64,000 nucleotides of DNA. Origin: Nemertoderma westbladi. Lineage: Eukaryota > Animalia > Xenacoelomorpha. Under the pieces are notes generated by a model. The model was not told the DNA's origin. It saw only the letters and a program-made list of their open reading frames with translations, and searched no databases. A program made the translations under genes and the position numbers. Below, one piece after another: positions 59,718 to 64,000 of the stretch (position 1 is the stretch's first letter; each line of letters opens with the position of its first letter). Location: NCBI GenBank assembly GCA_032718475.1, contig JAUCBJ010000488.1, positions 68,710-132,709 on the forward strand. The letters run 5' to 3'.

Positions 59718-61216
59718 TACATACAGCACAGGGTATAGTCAACGAAGTATTTGGGAGTATATACGGTGGCTGATATCGGCCAATAAATGTTTAACTATTG
59801 ACTTTCGTTTACTGTTTTGGTTAGAATAACGTGCCACCGTAACCTGCTCCTTTCCCCTAATTGAAAATTAATATTGCCAGTTATTCGAGACGAGATATTA
59901 ATTTGCCGAGTGCCGAGATGGGCTTTTCGTCCAGCAACCCCCCCCCCCCCCCCCCCCCCTAACTCCCCTGTCTCGCTGTCTAATAGGTTCCATATCATTA
60001 AGTCACCACTTATTATTTATGAATCAAGCAACAAAACAGCACAAACTTAATAATACAATGAAGTATTACGTTGGAAATAAACGTATATAGGTTCAATATA
60101 TACGTTAAATTACTTGTGAGATGGACATTGCGGCTGGGGGGGGTGGGGGGAGGGGGGGGGGGGTTATGAATGGTAAAATTGGATTATGCTACACAAATTG
60201 ATCAAACAAACATTATTATTATTTTAAGGAAACTAAATGTGTTCAGAGTCTGACACATGTTTATCAACTGGTTGATAAATGTTTTTCACCGGGTGATACT
60301 TTTTCGATTTCTGATTGTTCGAATAAATAAAAATAAATTAGAGTTGGGCACTCAGATAATGCAACTGTAGAAGAATATGATATAAAAATATGACTTCAGT
60401 TCATATTTTTCTCCACCTTCGAACAAAATTACTATTATTATATTATTAAATTATTTGTGTGTGGCTGACTTAAAGGGGTGGGGGGGGGGGGGGGTGGCTG
60501 AACGCAATAAAAATTCATTCCTCCCCAGGGGCAATTGGACGCAAATAACAGCTGCTTACTCTCAAAAATAAAACTGTAACCAGTTCTATTGTATTTAGTT
60601 TATTGTTTTGGTTAAAATAACGTGCCGCTGTAACCTGCTCCTTTCCCTAAATTGAGAATCTTACATTGAGGCGGGTTTTGCGTCCAGTTTCCCACCCTGT
60701 CTCCATGAATGTATACATCTGTCTGTACGTCTCCCTCTAAACCATATGCGCTATTAAGGAATGATAGTTAAGTTAGTAAAGATAAATGTGCCTAGTCTAG
60801 TAAAATCAAAGTGCGTTTATATTTATCAAACACGTGGACTAAGACAATTTACCACTTTGTGGTATTTACAGAAACTTAACAGATGGTTACTTCTCAACTA
60901 AAATGTTATTTAACTTTTGTGAAGCTAACAATCTGACAATAATTTAACAAGGGCCGCGTCCCTTGTTCTTTATGTCTCGTTATGACAAAAAATATCTGTA
61001 CCAGCATTTACTTGACACAACCGATAGTTATATTTTAAATACTTGACTTGAATATAATGCAATTTGCTCAGCTGCAGGTAAACTACATTGTCTATTGATA
61101 ACTGATCTCTACGAAAATTGTCAAGTTTCAATTAAGTACCGTTACTTAGTCTGGTCCGTTCCGGTCCGGTCCGGTCCGAACGCGGTACGCCGGTATTTCG
61201 TAAACAATATGCCTAC

Positions 61217-61906
61217 CTTGACGCGGTTCTCCCAGATCCGTAAACTTTTCTCGTCGATTAATTCAGCGATCTCATCTAAGTCGACACTCGGGGGGATGAA
61301 GGAGCCAGGAAGGTTGATGCATTCGGTGAGACCCAGGGTGGATAAACGAGACTCGTTGAATGAATCGGGACCGCGCAGATCCAGTATCAACACCTCAGTT
61401 GTTTGATCCATACTCAAAGTGTACAGCTGCAACGGGTTGATGCCAGTATCCGGCAATAGCTGGATGGGCGCCACAATATGATGATCTACCACCGCTGTCT
61501 TCACAGAATCTCTTAGATGAGCGGACGAATCTAATCGTTTAGCCAACTCCTCAGCTTCCTTCTCATCCAGCATCTCCTTGTATCTTTTCTCGAGGCTACA
61601 ACTGAGTTCATCCGCTAATTCTAAGGCTTGCTTTAATTTCGCGTGTTTAAAAGTAAGATCGAATGTTTTAGCCGTTATTTTTGATTTGTTCTTGTTGCAA
61701 TGTTCGTAGATCTGATAATATCGCATAAATAGCGTGTACGATCTCTCCTCGTCCTTGTCTTTGTAACTTAGTTTCGCTTCGTCGAAAGCTCTGCTCGCCG
61801 ACTTACAGTACATCTCTGGGCTGGTGCCTTTCTCGAAATTAACGACAAACCTTTTGTTTAAATCCTTCAAACAAGTTTCGATATAAATCGGTTTCGGTGT
61901 CGCCAT
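61217..61906 (-). CDS. USP8: USP8 coding exon 1: N-terminal MIT domain and rhodanese N-terminal half
   Basis: MATPKPIYI...DEERSYTLFMRY (USP8 MIT-like) and VLILDLRGPDSFNES...WENRVK. Donor AAG|GTAGGC at 61217/61216 joins exon 2 in frame (about 1,056 aa total). A possible 5'-UTR acceptor TTACAG lies at 61921-61926. Confidence 0.92.
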
Positions 61907-62269
61907 GGTCAGAAAGTATCCTGTAAGTAATCTGCTACTGGCTACATTGCTACAGTTTGGAAATCAGTAGGCCTACCGGTACCCTGGTACCGGTTGCCGG
62001 TACAGGCAGACAGGCAGGGCAGCAGAGTCTGGTCAGTACAGCAGTAGTTGCGGCACACCACCTACCACCACGCCACGCCACACTACGGCACTAAGCCTAC
62101 GCAGGCGCAGATTAATTAATTTTTCCCCCCCATGTACAGATGTAAATACATATACAGCACAATACCTACTGATACTGAATAATATAAATACATCACAATT
62201 TAGGCCTACCGGTTATTAATTGTATTCCAAAATTGTAACATTACTCAATGCCGTTAGTACAATGGGTGA

Positions 62270-63160
62270 TCGTTGCCACTTTTCAAACTGTCCTTTGAAA
62301 CTCAATGCCTTCCTCAGCCTTGCACATTCTGACCTTGGCTAACTGCACTTGTTATTCCCGTTTATAGCTTTTCAAGCTTGACAGTAGAACAAAATCGCCT
62401 CCACTTTGCAGGATATTGCTTTCGCCGTGAGGACCAGCCAGTGCATAATCGTGTACTTTGGCAGCCTCATGGAGTGAATAAGCATAGTGGACAGCCCATG
62501 ACTTTCTTGAGACGCATCTTAAAGGACACTGGCCTTGAAGATGCGGATGATCTAGCAAATGTCATGGGTGATAGGGAGTTGTGGCGGCGCAATTTTGTCG
62601 ACAAGCCGGCACAGCATTCTTAAAAATGCAGCTGCAATGCAGCATGCCGATCCTAGTACACTAGTAGTAGTATTCCCGTTTATAAAAAAGGTAATAGATC
62701 GGACCCATATAACTACAGGCCGATTTCATTAACATGTATTGCGTACAAGATAATGGCGCATTGCATTAGGGATGACCTTTGTACATATTTACTGTGTAAT
62801 AAGTTAATTAACAAGGCACAGCATGGTTTTTTGAAACGGAAATCAACGTGCACCCAACTTCTGGAATGTGTTTCTGACTGGTGTAAATTAGTTGACAGTC
62901 GTAGCGGAGTCGATGTAATTTACATCGACTTCGCTAAAGCTTTTGATTCGGTTGTACACACTTAAATTATTGGTCACACTCGCAAGTCTTCGAATTAGTG
63001 GAGACTTGTTAGCGTCTGAGCGTGGCTTAAGGCATTCTTAACTGGGAGAACACAGTAACACAGAGAGTTGAGGAGTTGTAGTTGGTACGTCTTATTCTGG
63101 TGCAATGTTTTATCAGGAACACCGGGGATCTATATTATTTTTGCTATTTATTAAATGCTT
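62270..63160 (+). mobile_element. Degenerate non-LTR retrotransposon reverse-transcriptase fragment (CR1/L2-like), interrupted at 62367-62670
   Basis: LFKLSFETQCLP..WLTALVIPVY|KKGNRSDPYNYRPISLTC..QHGFLKRKSTCTQLL..VDVIYIDFAKAFDSVVH, followed by stops, frameshifts and a decayed SG.PQG..ILFLLFIN region. Confidence 0.88.
62367..62670 (+). mobile_element. 5'-truncated non-LTR retrotransposon 3' end (RTE-like) with (TAG)n tail and 14-bp TSD
   Basis: RLHFAGYCFR..VLWQP.G...GQP......DTGL.....M.DRELWR resembles RTE-type C-termini. Tail CTAGTAGTAG. Flanked by TATTCCCGTTTATA at 62353-62366 and 62671-62684. Confidence 0.8.
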
Positions 63161-64000
63161 AATTATTAAATTAAATTATTAAATGCTTCTACCTAGTATT
63201 GTGTAACCAATAAAATTGTAAAAGCCTTTGCTGAATTGCCCCGTTATTTTTATTATCTTTTACATTAAAATACTCTGTAGTTGATTTAATAAGTGTAAGA
63301 GACCGTATTGTTGCTGTATCGGTGTTTTTAGAGGATCTAAGACCTATTTCCTCCGTATGTGTACTGTGAAAGGCATATTTTATGATTCTATGGCAATTCG
63401 TGACGCAAAAGGGTGATAGCTACTCTTGAACAGTAGTTACTATGACTACGGTTAACAGCTGACATTCATACGTGTTGATTTCCTTTGTTCTACGGCGTCT
63501 CTCAGTTCAGTCAGCCAATTAGAGCGTTTTGTGGCTCCTTGTACAGAAGATTTCCGAGAAATGACGCAATGCCTATGTGCAGTGTTTACATTCAGTCTTG
63601 AGCCAAAGAAAGAACGGCTTGGAAGTATTTTGTGCTGTACTGTTTTTAGTTTTACACTAGTAGGTTTAATTATAAAGGGCATATATCCTTTAACTGCAAT
63701 TTAACGCATCTAATGACTACTGATAACTTATCATACATCCTGACTGCTGAAACATTGCAAACTCATAACAATCAGTGTTCAGTTGTTGTGTTATACTGCT
63801 ATTTACTGTCATTTCTTCATAATATGGTTGATGAATTATTATATTTGGAATAACGATAAATCACCCCGAAACCCAATATTCTTGATATACCGAAGGTAAG
63901 AGAGAAAGGTTACCAATAACGATTGTGACTTATGTTAAAGTGGTTTGAAGTGAATCCAATGTTATTTGATAGACCCTACATGAGCCAGTCTGTGTTCCTT

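Noticed and set aside
61142-61216. C-terminal tail of the 254-aa ORF as a stand-alone protein
   Set aside because: It is read-through past the GTAGGC donor into the intron; splicing to 59147 restores the USP8 rhodanese domain.

Overview
Animal (metazoan) genomic DNA, not prokaryotic. Bases 1-49,057 are one uninterrupted satellite built from a 40-bp monomer (AAGTAAAATAAAGTTAGCGGTGTCAG[A/T]GTCAGGGTGGTAC), with 34- and 39-bp variants and nested kb-scale duplications. The array begins about 180 bp past the donor of coding exon 4 of a minus-strand GCK-I kinase gene (MAP4K3/5, happyhour-like). That gene is interrupted mid-kinase-domain, so the satellite appears to fill a >49-kb intron. On the gene's sense strand the consensus monomer has no AG dinucleotide and no AATAAA, yet carries three branch-point-like motifs. 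The right 15 kb holds the four MAP4K exons, a cluster of tRNA-like/SINE heads, a 240-bp tandem repeat with CTCF-like motifs, a foldback-like element made of CTCGCGAG palindromes, a USP8 gene with two coding exons (minus strand, about 1,056 aa), and a CR1-like RT relic split by an RTE-like insertion with a 14-bp target-site duplication. All calls come from reading the sequence; no searches were run.
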